From NCBI GenBank assembly GCA_965285935.1, contig OZ260664.1, forward strand, positions 88,350,001 through 88,414,000: DNA of 64,000 nucleotides, given 5' to 3'. Under the pieces are notes generated by a model that had not been told where the DNA came from, made no database searches, and worked only from the letters and a program-made list of their open reading frames with translations. Source of the stretch: Ophelia neglecta (Eukaryota). Positions 13,070 to 26,515 of the stretch are shown in pieces (positions within the stretch are counted from its first letter, which is position 1; each line of letters starts with the position of its first letter). Position numbers and translations under genes: made by a program.

Positions 13070-13700
13070 CGAGGTGGGGAGGTGGGGTGGGGAGGTGGGG
13101 AGGTGGGGAGGCTCAATGTCACACCTTGTTAAACCATACCAATCAGTCGTCAGCCTGTGTGATGGATGGCTTGGTGTACCTCAGGGGGTGTCCCTGGAGG
13201 GGGGGGGTGTACCTCAGGGGGTGTCCCTAGAGGTGGGGGGGGGGTTGGGGTGTACCTCAGAGGGTGTCCCTCGAGGGGGGGTGTATGTGATGGATGGCTT
13301 GGTGTACCTCAGAGGGTGTCCCTAGAGGGGGGGGGGGGGGTTGGGGTGTACCTCAGTGGGTGTCCCTGGAGGGGGGAGTATGTGATGGATGGCTTGGTGT
13401 ATCTCAGGGGGTGTCCCTGGAGGGTGGGGGGGGGGGGTGTACCTCAGTGGGTGTCCCTGGAGGGGGGGTTGGGGGGTTGGGGTGTACCTCATGGGGTGTC
13501 CCTAGTTGGGTGGGGAATGTATCTCAGGTGGGTTAGTCGAGGGGGGGTGTACCTAAGGGGTGTACCTAGGAGGGGGAGAGGAGTATCTCAGGTGGTGTAA
13601 CTAAGAGGGGGGGTATACCTAGAAAGGGGTGTACCCTTAGGGGGCATTGCCAGAGGTGGGGTCCTTAATGGTATTCCTCAAGAGGGGGGGGGGGGGGAGA
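13070..13700 (+). repeat. Degenerate G-rich minisatellite (GGTGTACCTCAGGGGGTGTCCCTGGAG(G)n)
   Basis: Recurrent GTGTACCTCAG..GGTGTCCCT core separated by variable poly-G. Confidence 0.88.
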
Positions 13701-14489
13701 TTTCATCAGGTTCGGATGGGAACCAGCCCACACTCCTTGAAATATACATGTTAACACATTGAGAAGTAAACAAAGTTGTTTCATGAAATGTAAATGACTG
13801 GTAGGAGGCTTAGTGACTTGTAAATAGGGTGTCTTACTGATTTGTACCTAGTGTGTAACACATTCTGTGTTTACATTCCTTGGTCCTTTCAAGTTAAGAG
13901 ATATGGCTTAAAGAGTGCCTCTTCATGATATAAAGGGAGCATCTCATTGGATAATTAACCATTTCTCCTGAACAGTGGCTTACTAGCCTATATTCAGATG
14001 GTTATCTAGGGTTGAAAGGTCAGTTTTTTCTCACTTCACCTAACACAAGTCTAAAGAATGTATGTATATGATGAGCTTAATAATTGACCGGTGCCTAACA
14101 TTGTCCACCATGAACACAACATTAGATGAGTAGATGTACCCTGCTTTGTGAGAGTCCACAGTTTGTGAAGTCTGAGATCAGGTACTCCCTCCAGGAGGTT
14201 AACTGTTGATCTTGTACACTATTGGATGCTATCTGGTCTAATTTCATCTACCAGTTCCTGGTAAGGTATTTATGGATACAGCCACCAGAAGCCAAGCTTT
14301 CTCTTTGTGAATTGTGATACCATAGCTAATTAATACAGGAGTGGCTTCTTGCTGAAGAACCATCCATAGGTCAAGTCTATAGATAGTAGCAGCTCAATAA
14401 GTTTATTGTCAGAATCCAACTAAAATGTTACCTCATTGAAAGACTGTCTGCCTGTCAGAGTCAGAAGGCACCACAAGGAAAGAGGACAG

Positions 14490-15008
14490 CAGGTTTGTGT
14501 CATTAAATGAAGGTTCCATGAAGGGAGGAAGTTTCATGAAAGTTAGCAGGTTTCATCATAATGAAGATGGTGCAACCTCATGAGCAAGTTTCATCAAATG
14601 AAACAGGTTTTATACTGTGTGGGCTAGTTTTATTAAGTGAGCAGGTTTCATTAAATGAGCGGGTTTTATCAAGTGAGCAGGTTTCATTAAATGAGCGGGT
14701 TTCATTAAATGAGCAGGTTTTATCAAGTGAGCAGGTTTTATCAAGTGAGTAGGTTTTATCAAATGAGCAGTTTTTATCAAGTGAGCAGGTTTTATTAAGT
14801 GAGCAGGTTTTATCAATGGGGAGGTTTTATCAAATGAGTAGGTTTTATCAAGTGGGAGGTTTTATCAAGTGAGCAAGTTTTATCAAGTGAGCAAGTTTTA
14901 TCAAGTGAGCAGGTTTTAACAAATGAGTAGGTGTTATCAAGTGTGAGGTTTTATCAAGTGAGCAGGTTTTATCAAGTGGGAGGTTTTATCAAGTGAGCAG
15001 GTTTTATC
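14490..15008. repeat. 17/18-bp minisatellite (AAGTGAGCAGGTTTTATC)
   Basis: Direct reading; 6-aa periodic ORFs at 14561-14816. Confidence 0.92.
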
Positions 15009-16996
15009 TAGAGCTTGTCAGTAGAATTTGGTTCTTTTTGCTTGCTGTAAATGACAGATGTACGATTTTGGATAAATATGGGAGGATTGCCTTTCAATTG
15101 AAGACTAAGGGTGGGTGGGGGTGCCCACCCTCAACCTAGGAGGTCCTATGGTGGGTGCACCCTACTGCACCCTCCAGTCACTCACTGGCGGAACAGGTGT
15201 TGAGAAAATAGGGTCCATAGCCCTGCATCCCCTCTCTAAGTCAGCCAGTGGCAATGACTTCAGGTTTACCTAAGTCAAACAGCCATGTGTTCTGTGGAAA
15301 GCTGTGAAGAGCTGTGATGAACAGTTGTAAATCATCCCTGATTTACAGTTCACAGTGCAAGTCTAACCTGTTCAAATTGGTTAAGTGCAATGTTATTATG
15401 GTGGTAACAATCCATAAATGTCATGACTTATTACTCACATTAAAAGTCACCATCTGAGTCACTGCTCGTGCACTGTTCACCTCAATCTACTCAGCAAAGG
15501 ATGGAATGCTCAGAATATAAAGACAGAGAAATGTACCATGATCAATCCATAATGAAATGTGAAAATCATTACTCCTACGCATGACTGACTGATATTCAAT
15601 TGATTCCATGTGGATATTTTGTGAAAATGATTTGACCTGTCACTTCGTGTGACCCCACTGGTCATTGATGCTTGACACTTCACAAAGGTTTATTTAACAC
15701 TCCAGCTAAGGATTCTGGGAAATATGAATAAAGCCTGCTGCATTGTGAAATGAACATGGTCAATGTGCACCTACCAAGTCAGAATCAGCCATTTACGGTA
15801 GTCATGGTTGCTCATAAACTATCAAGTCGGCCATTTACTTGGGCGGCTATAAGAGCTGGAATATTTCTTCTAATTGTAGAAAACCTGTCAAATTGAGGCC
15901 ACTTTTATGATAGACAAGGAAAGTAAACAAGTGCCATAATCAATTTTATCGGCCGCTCCGATCCAGGTGACGTCACGATTTGTAAAATTTTCGGGCATAG
16001 TAAAGGGAGTCGGTTCCCTCCTCCCAAAAATACATGAAGATAAGTCATAACACTTGGACTCCAAACAAGAAATTTAGTAGTATAGAAGGCACTTATCTAC
16101 CATGACAAATTTAGTTGAAACTTTGATCGTTTCCAATACAGTTCTCTTGTTTGTATGCCAGGAACAAAACACCTTATCAACGAAATGGAAACATCCACGT
16201 CTTGTATCAACAATGATGTGGTTTTAACACTAAAAGAGGAAGCATACATGTATCACATATCTAAATATTCTGCCCCCAGGCTTGTCAGGACATCTTTGTT
16301 GTTTTCTAGTGCTTCCTGAGTGCCTAAGAGTGTTTACTTTCATTGAGTATTTGCCTGCTCACAGAAAGGGCCAATTGGAAGGCTCATATCCACTTCATTG
16401 TAACTCCAACACAATGTTCAACTATTGACTGATAACACTGGGGCTTGGAAGATAAATTTAAAGTAAGCAGACATGTGAGGAGCATTGTGTCGGCCAGAGA
16501 CTGGTTGTATCTCTGGCTGTAGCCTTAGGCATCGCACTGTTAAAACTGGGATTCAGCACATTTTGTTTGTCAATGAAGAGAAAGAAGAGGAAATTAAAAT
16601 CAAATCATGTCCCCCGTGAGTTCATTTAGACACGTGAGTTCATTTAGACACGGGCACATTAGCCAGGGGCAATACCCTTGCCTTTACTTTTTATAAACTT
16701 TTCAAGCATTCATGAACAGCAATACTCAATCACAGAGAGCACAAAGAGTTTTTCTTAATGAGAATTCCCTTCTGCCACATTTCTAACTTTGATTGTGTGC
16801 CCGCTTCTGTCAGGAATTCTTATTTAGATTGCCCGTCTTCTGTTTAAAACAATGACACACATTTTAAACAGTGTCTTTGAACAAATGAATGGCAACAGCA
16901 GAGCAAAGGCCTATGATGGCAATTCCCTTATATACATAACTGACTAAGGGCTAGAGGGACACATGTCCAAGAGCAACCATAACATGCTATGGAGGA

Positions 16997-18545
16997 GGAC
17001 TGACCCTAGGGTTGGCATTCTAACCATGACAAGCTGGGACTGACCCTAGGGCTGGCATTCTAACCATGACAAGTAAGGCCCGACCCCAGGGCTGGCATTC
17101 TAACCATGACAAGCTGGGACCAACCCTAGGGCTGGCATTCTAACCATGACAAGCTAGGACCGACCCTAGGGCTGGCATTCTAACCATGACAAGCTGGGAC
17201 TGACCCTAGGGCTGGCATTCTAACCATGACAAGCTAGGACCAAACCTAGGGCTGGCATTCTAACCATGACAAGCTGGGACTGACCCTAGGGCTGGCATTC
17301 TAACCATGACAAGCTAGGACCAAACCTAGGGCTGGCATTCTAACCATGACAAGCCAGGACCGACCCTAGGGCTGGCATTCTAACCATGACAAGCTAGGCC
17401 CGACCCTAGGGCTGGCATTCTAACCATGACAAGCTAGGCCCGACCCTAGGGCTGGCATTCTAACCATGACAAGCTGGGACTGACCCTAGGGTTGGCATTC
17501 TAACCATGACAAGCTGGGACTGACCCTAGGGCTGGCATTCTAACCATGACAAGCTAGGCCCGACCCTAGGGCTGGCATTCTAACCATGACAAGCTGGGAC
17601 TGACCCTAGGGTTGGCATTCTAACCATGACAAGCTAGGACCAAACCTAGGGCTGGCATTCTAACCATGACAAGCTGGGACTGACCCTAGGGCTGGCATTC
17701 TAACCATGACAAGCTAGGACCAAACCTAGGGCTGGCATTCTAACCATGACAAGCTGGGACTGACCCTAGGGCTGGCATTCTAACCATGACAAGCTAGGAC
17801 CAAACCTAGGGCTGGCATTCTAACCATGACAAGCCAGGACCGACCCTAGGGCTGGCATTCTAACCATGACAAGCTAGGCCCGACCCCAGGGCTGGCATTC
17901 TAACCATAACAAGCTGGGACTGACCCTAGGGTTGGCATTCTAACCATGACAAGCTAGGCCCGACCCTAGGGCTGACATTCTATCCATGACAAGCTAGGCC
18001 CGACCCTAGGGCTGGCATTCTATCTATGACAAGCTAGGCCCGACCCTAGGGTTGGCATTCTAACCATGACAAGCTGGGACTGACCCTAGGGCTGGCATTC
18101 TAACCATGACAAGCTAGGACCAAACCTAGGGCTGGCATTCTAACCATGACAAGCCAGGACCGACCCTAGGGCTGGCATTCTAACCATGACAAGCTGGGAC
18201 TGACCCTAGGGCTGGCATTCTAACCATGACAAGCTAGGACCAAACCTAGGGCTGGCATTCTAACCATGACAAGCCAGGACCGACCCTAGGGCTGGCATTC
18301 TAACCATGACAAGCTAGGCCCGACCCTAGGGCTGGCATTCTAACCATGACAAGCTAGGCCCGACCCTAGGACTGGCATTCTAACCATGACAAGCTAGGCC
18401 CGACCCTAGGGTTGACATTCTAACCATGACAAGCTAGGACCAACCCTAGGGCTGGCATTCTAACCATAACAAGCTGGGACTGACCCTAGGGTTGGCATTC
18501 TAACCATGACAGCCCTAAGACAGGAATTCCAACCATGACATGCCA
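16997..18545. repeat. 40-bp minisatellite (TAACCATGACAAGCTGGGACTGACCCTAGGGCTGGCATTC), ~38 units
   Basis: Exact 40-bp register with no indels from 17001 to 18510. Confidence 0.98.
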
Positions 18546-18686
18546 GGACCAGCCACACCAGTGCACAGAGGTTAAATCACACAGACCACCAGCCAGCAGC
18601 AGCCGCAGGGGAGCAATCATAATCAGGAGGTCTAATGAACAGACCCGCAGAGCTGGAGAACTGGAGAACCTGATCTGATCAGTAGA

Positions 18687-18841
18687 CTGGACATCAGTAC
18701 AAGGGGTGTAGGGTGCTGGCTCATCAGCAGGCTGGACATCAGTACAAGGGTGTAGGGTGCTGGCTCATCAGCAGGCTGGACATCAGTACAAGGGTGTAGG
18801 GTGCTGGCTCATCAGCAGGCTGGACATCAGTACAAGGGGTG
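18687..18841. repeat. 44/45-bp tandem repeat, 3.5 units
   Basis: CTGGACATCAGTACAAGGG(G)TGTAGGGTGCTGGCTCATCAGCAGG starting at 18687, 18732, 18776 and 18820. Confidence 0.93.
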
Positions 18842-19262
18842 AATAGACAACAAACTGGTAACTGAGTAACTAGACAGATCAATACACAAGTCCATCAGAC
18901 CCTGGTGGGATAGGTGTGAAAGGACATGAAACAATCAGGAAGCTTTTCTATTTAAACATTAAGTGCTCTAGCAATGAAATAGTACAACCTTTACTTTGCA
19001 CTTTGCAGTGAAAGTAGTTGCACTTAGACCCTATCTGTATTCATTTTGAGCCAGGGATTCCGAGAGACTGTGAGGGGGGGGGGGGAGGGTGATGGTGACA
19101 AACTGTCCTGGGGTAAAAAGAAATTCCTAATTGGTTTAATTGACCAAATCAGACAATTAGAGATCCCGGATTACTGCAGTTGAATGTATGTAGTTTAACA
19201 TCAATAAAAAAATATTATTAACCTTCTCATGTAGTTTTTGCTGTATTTTTCTATACTAAAAA

Positions 19263-19433
19263 AATGTTATCAAATGGTTCCCTAAATGTTATCTAGTAAT
19301 GTAAGGAGGGAAGGTTCTTATAACCAATAGAAAACTTTCCAGGGTAACGTTCTCCTAATGTTACTGAGTTACCTTGTTATAGGTTACAGGTAACATTCTT
19401 TAACGGTCACATAACGTAACATTGTTTGCTGGG
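19263..19433. mobile_element. Possible terminal fragment of a non-autonomous DNA transposon (CCCAGCAAACA-type end)
   Basis: Clustered AATGTT/AACGTT/AACATT motifs ending in TGTTTGCTGGG; the matching opposite end is not seen. Confidence 0.35.
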
Positions 19434-21211
19434 GTTGTACTGTGATAGGAGACTAGGAGACTTCAGACAGTTAGAGCTGTCCTGTGTTCATTGTACTCTA
19501 GTTCAGGCCTTCACATCAGATAAGAGTCCACATATAGAACATATCTCCCATACAACACATCTCATTTCCTCACCTCCGAGTGGTTACCTGTGTCAATGAT
19601 ACACTTAATGGTAAATTCACTCAAAGAATCACCATCAATCTCCAGGACCTGCTTGTCCACTGATGGCTTTAGAACGATCACGCTTCCAATCAGGGAGAAA
19701 CCCCACCGAAGCACCCCTGGAAAGTAGTGCCATTTTTAACACAGAGTGCCATAAGACACACTACAGTGATATATTACTACACAGTCAACAGTCTTGTTTC
19801 ATGGGAATTAGGGAAAATGTGATAAAGAAGCCCACCAAGAATGAGAGTCAGTCGGACATTTGCAATGCCGCAAAGGATCTAATAGAAGATGCATACTTAG
19901 CTCAGATAGGACACACCCTTACTTTTAGAATAAGGATGGACTATAGCTTATTTTAGGTTTTTTTTATTATTCAAGTCTTAAAAATGAACTTTGTTAGTTC
20001 AATAAAAGATCCATCCACAAGTTTGGAACAAAATTTAATTATTTTCTAGACCTAAAAAATGAAGAAAGAGGGTCTTTTATTAGATCAATTACGGTATTTA
20101 TGTTCATGCGTTACAAACTGATTGAAGTTGCTTTAAGAATGTATTCCACAGAACACATTCCTGGAAACATTTTATTGTGCAGTCTATCATTCCAGTATCT
20201 CACTTTAACATGGAGAAGGCATGCATAAAATGTTTCATGAGCATAATTTCTTCATGTACGTGACCTCTATTTGTCTGGCCCACTTTTTCAAAGGAGAGGG
20301 ATGATGGGAAATGGCGTAACACCAAAGTCTTTCAACTTGATGGGGCATTTCATAGCTTGTGACCCTCTCGAGGCAACATTTAGGACCCCGCTTGGCATTC
20401 ACAGACAGAATGTCAATTCCAAAGATTTAATGGAACAGTTTCCTATCATTTGGTAGATACTACTTCAAGACAGGAGTACGTTTGGGACTACTTTTATCTT
20501 CCTGCGCACTTGTGTTTTGAGTTTTATCATCAGTTAACAACACATGGAGTACCTAACAAATCTGCCAGTGGCACAAAAGAAAGTCAGCAAGGTGACAAGG
20601 TGACGGAGGAAACCTCTGGCGACAGATCGCCGGCCGTCTGTCACCACTCATGTCCTCCTCAGCCGTCAATACATCACAGTCATCGGTGATTTAGTTAGCT
20701 GTTGGACTCTGCCTGTCCCGATGACTTTCCCATGACTTTCCATGATGAATGAGGTACCAGAGCGGCATGTGGCGGGCTGAGAGTTGGTGCACCTCTGTGA
20801 GAGGGGTCACAAAGGTCGCCGGACCTCATTCTTTGTGTCACCCCACACTTAACACAGCGGGACAATGAGCTGCCAGTAAATGGTCTGTCTATAAAAGGTC
20901 CCTTGGCAAATCCATGTGTTTACAGGTGCATTGATGTACGCCTGTGTTAACACAGCGATCAGTGACTCCCAAAAGGCAACAAACTGCATGATATATATTC
21001 CGAAATAACCTAAAACCTTAACAGTAACAATTATAAGTTGGTTTAGGTTAACCACACATCTATTATAAATTTTACATTTTCTTCTAACTTGAAGATTGCA
21101 TATCACACTGGCAGGGGTGAGCTCCAGGACCCCCCTTTGGAGGGAGACACCCCTTTCTACCCTGAGATGAGAAACCACAGTCGGTTTCTGATCCCTGTCA
21201 TCATCTAAGTG

Positions 21212-21335
21212 AGAAACAAAAGGGGGTCCTGACCCCTGGGTCCTTCTCTAGATCAGAAACAAAAGGGGGTCCTGACCCATGCCCATCTCTAGATCAGAAA
21301 CAAAAGGGGGTCCTGACCCCTGCCTCCCTCTCAAT
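21212..21335. repeat. Three tandem copies (~40-43 bp) of AGAAACAAAAGGGGGTCCTGACCC...TCTAGATC
   Basis: Direct reading. Confidence 0.8.
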
Positions 21336-22461
21336 CCGTGGATCTTTTTACGATTTATTAATAGACTAAGATGGTTAAGACAAAGAACATAAGATATTTC
21401 ATAACTTAAGATTGATCATAATTTCCTATTTGATGCCTTCAATCCATCAGATTGTCAGTAGATCATGTACAAGTATAACTAGTTGTCATATATCAAATAA
21501 AGAATGAACTAAATCTCTTGGCAGATTTCCTACGGCTGCGAAAACCTCGGAAATGGCCCTAATCAGTCAACAAGGATTGCAATCCATTCACATCCATCAA
21601 AACCCTATTACTGCCCTCAATCTGATAAATACAGTTGTTGTATTGAGTCCTACCCAGCATGCTCTACACCCACAGTCCAGTCATACTGAATGGGTGTTGG
21701 CATTTTAATTGAAAACCTATTCACCTGCGACAAAAGAATTATTCTAAATCTATCAGATGGTCTGCTTTTACCCGACCATCATCAATTTCCTGCCTGAAAT
21801 CTCTTTGATAATCAATTGAGTTGACGTTGGAGGTGTCAGGGGGCGATAGGCAGCCAGAACATTACAAGCAGGCTCACTACATTTGCCGGTGGTGTGTTGG
21901 CCGTTAATAGACCGGGAGATTGTCATTCCACGGCAGCGATGGACGACTGAGCGAGGACCGAGTGGCGGAATGAAGGGGCGTGGAGTGTATAACGCCCACT
22001 TGATCTGCGTCATTGGGGGCTACGGCTGATCAACAGTGTGTGATAACAAAACAGGAAAACACACCTACGGCTATCTGGGAGATGGGCAAACAAGAGGTGG
22101 GAGGAGAGGGGGGAGTAGAGGGGGGAGTAGAGGGGGGGGGGAGGCTTATGGCCCTCTGTTCTTTCTCTTAAATAGAATCATAATGCTGATTGAGGTTTAC
22201 AGGGGGGGGGGGGGGGGAAAGCTTGGTTAGGAGCCTGAAACACCAAATGTTTGTGTTTTGGGCCCACTGCTTTCCACGTCCACCCGCCCCTACTGCCCCA
22301 GAGGGTGAGCCTTCTTTCCTCCAAATCTGTTCAGACTACAGTCCTGGAACATCTAGACCCAGAGGAAGACACTACAACACAATAGATAAACTACAGGTCT
22401 GTGTCAAGGTACATGTACCAGAGGAAAAACTGACAAACAGGAATGACAGTTCACATTTATC

Positions 22462-22630
22462 TAGAGTGAACCTGTGAATTAAGACCACCCATGGGACCAG
22501 AACATACTGACCAGATTATAGAGGTGGTCTGTTTACACAGGTTATTTTACACTGATACTATACATCATGGTCTTCATATTAGTGGTCTGAACTGACAGGT
22601 GGTCTGATTATAGAGGTGGTTGATGTAGAT
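22462..22630. mobile_element. Old degenerate pogo-type MITE
   Basis: Start AGTGAACCTGTGAATTAAGACCACC and repeated AGGTGGTCT subterminal motifs; ~170 bp; TIRs eroded. Confidence 0.45.
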
Positions 22631-23129
22631 TCAGCAGAGCACATACTTAATCTAAATTGTGGTCTATGTTCTAAAGCTGTCAGCACACAGCGGTTTCATT
22701 CTCCAACTCCCATTGTCACATCCACATAAAACATAAACCTTCAAATTTAATCAATGGCACATTCACTGGGGAGCAATAAGACAATTTTATATATCTGAGT
22801 GCCAGAAAAAAGTCAAATATGACTTTTTATTTGCCATTTCCACTATTAAAGCACGTAGAGCCATCCATTTTGTCTTCAAAGCTCATGAAGGATCTTCTAT
22901 TATTGATACTCCTGGGGACAATAAGAAGGCAATAAAGTCCAACCACAAATAGACATGTCACATATATTGTTATACATTGATTCCATTTTGGGATGACTCA
23001 CTGAACGTTCATGAAAAGATTATTCTCTGAGGAGCAGTAAAGAAGAGGAGATAGTTCACTTAGGGGCTACGTACTTGGGAGATGGAAGGGAAGTCTCAGG
23101 ATGGAACTGCAGGGAGGCTCAGTGGCCAG

Positions 23130-24050
23130 GGAAATGAGAAGAATTCATTGGGAGGCTTAGAACGCCAGGAGAAGGCGAAGAATTCATTGGGAGGCTTAGG
23201 ACACCAGCCAGGGCAAGGCTTAGAACACCAGCCAGTGCAAGGCTTAGAACAGTATACAGGGCAAGGCTTAGAACACCAGCCAGGGCAAGGCTTAGAACAC
23301 CAGCCTGGGAAAGGCTTAGAACACCAGCCAGGGCAAGGCTTAGAACACCAGCCAGGGCAAGGCTTAGAACTCCAGCCAGGGCAAGGCTTAGAACACCAGC
23401 CTGGGCAAGGCTTAGAACACCAGCCTGGGCAAGGCTTAGAACAGTATACAGGGCAAGACTTAGAACAGTATACAAGGCAAGGCTTAGAACACCAGCCTGC
23501 GCAAGGCTTAGAACAGAATACAGGGCAAGGCTTAGAACGGTATACAGGGCAAGGCTTAGAACAGAATACAGGGCAAGGCTTAGAACACAAGCCAGGGCAA
23601 GGCTCAGAACACCAGCCTGGGCAAGGCTTAGAACACCAGCCAGGGCAAGGCTTAGAACACCAGCCTGGGCAAGGCTTAGAACACCAGCCAGGGCAAGGCT
23701 TAGAACACCAGCCAGTGCAAGGCTTAGAACACCAGCCTGGGCAAGGCTTAGAACACCAGCCAGGGCAAGGCTTAGAACACCAGCCAGGGCAAGGCTTAGA
23801 ACACAAGCCAGGGCAAGGCTTAGAACAGTATACAGGGCAAGGCTAAGAACACCAGCCAGGGCAAGGCTTAGAACACCTGGCCAGGGCAAGGCTTAGAACA
23901 CCAGCCAGGGCAAGGCTTAGAACACCAGCCTGGGAAAGGCTTAGAACACCAGCCAGGGCAACAGTTTACAGGGCAAGGCTAAGAACAGTATACAGGGCAA
24001 AGCTCAGAGCACCACCCAGGGCAAGGGAAAGAGTTCAATGGGAGGCTCAA
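23130..24050. repeat. 24-bp minisatellite (GGCTTAGAACACCAGCCAGGGCAA), ~34 units
   Basis: Direct reading; variants CACCAGCCA / CAGTATACA / CAGAATACA. Explains the ORFs at 23082-23889. Confidence 0.96.
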
Positions 24051-25477
24051 AGTAGTACCAAGCCAAGGCCCTCCTTGAAATTCAAGGGACTTATCCCCAG
24101 TACAGGGGTTTCATTGTACTCAAACAGGTACCTTTCAAATCCACCACACAGGTTATTTATAGCCCTGATAAAAAATAATCTGGATGTTTACATGATGTGC
24201 TAATTGAGGCAAAGACAAATTGCTTTCAATTCTGTTTTCTGCCTCCATAAGCCATTTTATTGGCTCATAATATCATGGTTAACTGAATTCCCACATCAGA
24301 GGAAATCAGGTGTGACAGCATTAATGTCTGGAGAGCAGGTTTATGAAAATAGGACTGAAAACAGTTGTCTTAGTAGCAGACTGGGCTGAGAAAAGTCCAT
24401 TGAATTTAGCGCTCCCTACCTGGGTGTGCTATGCAGGAGTTCTCCACTAACTGATCAGATTCCAGCGATGCTAACACACCATTAAACATGAATTCTGGGA
24501 TTCTGAGGAATCCTCCTGTACTCACATTACAGCCTGGCACTCAGGCTAACAAGGGAAAAAAGCTGAAGGTGCCTTAAAGTGTACTTCATCTGGGAGAAAG
24601 TAGGTGAAAGCTTCTAATGGCTCTCTAATGGATGGGTGATGAGCTATTTATATAAACTTAGGTTTTTGTCATTACCTACTACATGTAAATGTCTTGTTAT
24701 AATTACTAAGTTTTTTTGTTTTCTTAGAAAATTAAAAGCCTGGAATTGGGAGGGCTGGGTGGAGAGTGTAGGGTGTGGGCTGGGTAGGGCGTCGGTTGGG
24801 TAGGTTGGGTGAGTAGGGGTGTTTGGAGGGGGCAGGATGGGGTTTAGGCAGAGGGGGTATCAGGTCATTTAGTTAACTAATTCAGTGTTATGAACACCAC
24901 ATCACTTCCTGAGGGACGTATCAATAGAACAGTGAAGGACTTTAAAAGCTGAGTGAATGTAATGTAAAACTCAGCTCTCAGATAGACCAAACAACCTGAA
25001 GGAGCTCAAGGGTCTTCATTCTGGTAATCAAATAAATATAAAAAGACTTTCAGTCTATGACCCTTAACACAAATCTACTAGACCAGGCTAAAACTGCTGT
25101 TAAAAAACAAAACCATTCCAGGGACTACAGAAGAAAATCACTACCAACATTAAAGGCTTAGGTTATTTGAGTAGTTGAGTAAAAGATTCCTTCCTACTCC
25201 TTGAGCAGGTGAGTTGTTATTTGAGTCAAAGATTCCTTCCTACACCTTGAGCAGAGAAGTGATGATCTGAGAGAAAAACACTAGTCCTCTCACAGCTTAT
25301 CTGTGCTGATAAAGACAGAGGTAGACTTGAAGATAGGGCAGGGACTGGAATCTGGGGTAGTACTGTAGTCAAGATCCACTGATCAGCCCAGCCCTTAGGC
25401 CTGTTAAACTAACCAGCACATCATTTAATTATCACCGAGGTAGGCTGGCATTGCTGAGAGGGTCCAACAAGGTTGTT

Positions 25478-26105
25478 AAGAGGGGTGGACATGGGGGTTG
25501 AGAGGGTGGACACTGGGTTGAGAGAGGCAGACACAGGGGTTGAGAGGGGTGGACATGGGGGTTGAGAGGGGTGGACATGAGGGGTTGAGATAGGCAGACA
25601 CATGGGGTTGAGAGGGGTGGACATGAGGGGTTGAGAGGGTGGACACTGGGTTGAGATAGGCAGACACATGGGGTTGAGAGGGGTGGACATGAGGGGTTGA
25701 GAGGGTGGACACTGGGTTGAGAGAGGCAGACACAGGGGTTGAGAGGGGTGGACATGAGGGGTTGAGAGGGGTGGCTACAGGAGTTGAGAAGGGTGGACAC
25801 AGGGGTTGAGAGGTGTGGCCACAGGGGTTGAGATAGGCAGACACAGGTGTTGAGAGGGTGGACATGGGGGTTGAGAGGGTGGACACAGGGTTGAGATAGG
25901 CAGACACAGGGGTTGAGAGGGGTGGACATGAGGGGTTGAGAGGGGTGGACATGAGGGGTTGAGAGGGGTGGCTACAGGAGTTGAGAAGGGTGGACACAGG
26001 GGTTGAGAGGGACAGACACAAGGGTTGAGCAGGGCAGACATGAGGGGTTGAGAGGGGCAGACAGGGGCATTAAGAGGGTAGGACACAGGGATTGAGAGGG
26101 ATAGA
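25478..26105 (+). repeat. ~21-23-bp G-rich compound minisatellite (GAGGGGTGGACATGAGGGGTTGA / GATAGGCAGACACAGGGGTTGA)
   Basis: Direct reading. Confidence 0.93.
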
Positions 26106-26331
26106 CCCAGGTGTTTGCTAGTTGATAGCAGCAGACATGGTACACTATTTGTATTTCCTTCACTCAGTTACTCAAGACAGCAACTTGAGCATGTTTAAAC
26201 CATTAATTTGTCAGATACAGGTTCTCCTACAAGATCACTTGAGAATTTGTTGGCAAGACAAGATTTTTCAGAGATTAAGGGATGATCTGTAAGAGTATCT
26301 GATGATGATATTAGCAGTGCTTATTGCTATA

Positions 26332-26515
26332 CAGTGGTCCCTGCGATGTAGGGCCCCTCAAATGAAGGGCCACCTGCGAAGGCAGGCCACTTTTTGAATT
26401 CCCATGTCCTATCTTTACCATGTTAAAATACATGTACCTCCAATGAAGGGCCAGCTGCAATGTAGGGCCACTTTTCCATGGATATAGGGGTGGCCCTACA
26501 TCGCAGGGACCACTT
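26332..26515 (+). mobile_element. MITE family A copy 3
   Basis: TA|CAGTGGTCCCTGCGATGTAGGGCC...GGCCCTACATCGCAGGGACCACTT|TA; colinear with 4725-4902 plus a 6-bp internal insertion. Confidence 0.92.

Noticed and set aside
15911-16349. Possible old TIR element (GAAAGTAAACA...TGTTTACTTTC); similar vague TE-like remnants at ~100-230, 2570-2925, 3535-3920, 5615-5840 and 19875-20096
   Set aside because: Ends too eroded and no clear second copy in the window to define boundaries or family.
16997-18545. CRISPR-like constant/variable periodicity (also 9852-10933 and 53880-54543)
   Set aside because: Variable parts are short point variants of each other, not unique spacers; no cas genes; eukaryotic context.
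23082-23846. 254-aa ORF with good ATG context and GQGLEHQP repeats (structural-protein-like)
   Set aside because: Frame is open because the unit is 24 bp; opposite-strand frames are equally open; the stop is a point variant inside the array, which continues past it.
25180-25215. Other AG|GT fusions: plus-strand GAGCAG|GTGAGT (~25208) and TTTCAG|GTAAGG (~29079); minus-strand TTTCAG|GTAAAT (~41713)
   Set aside because: Competing upstream AG or poor pyrimidine tract, and no clear downstream donor; much weaker than the 41086 site.
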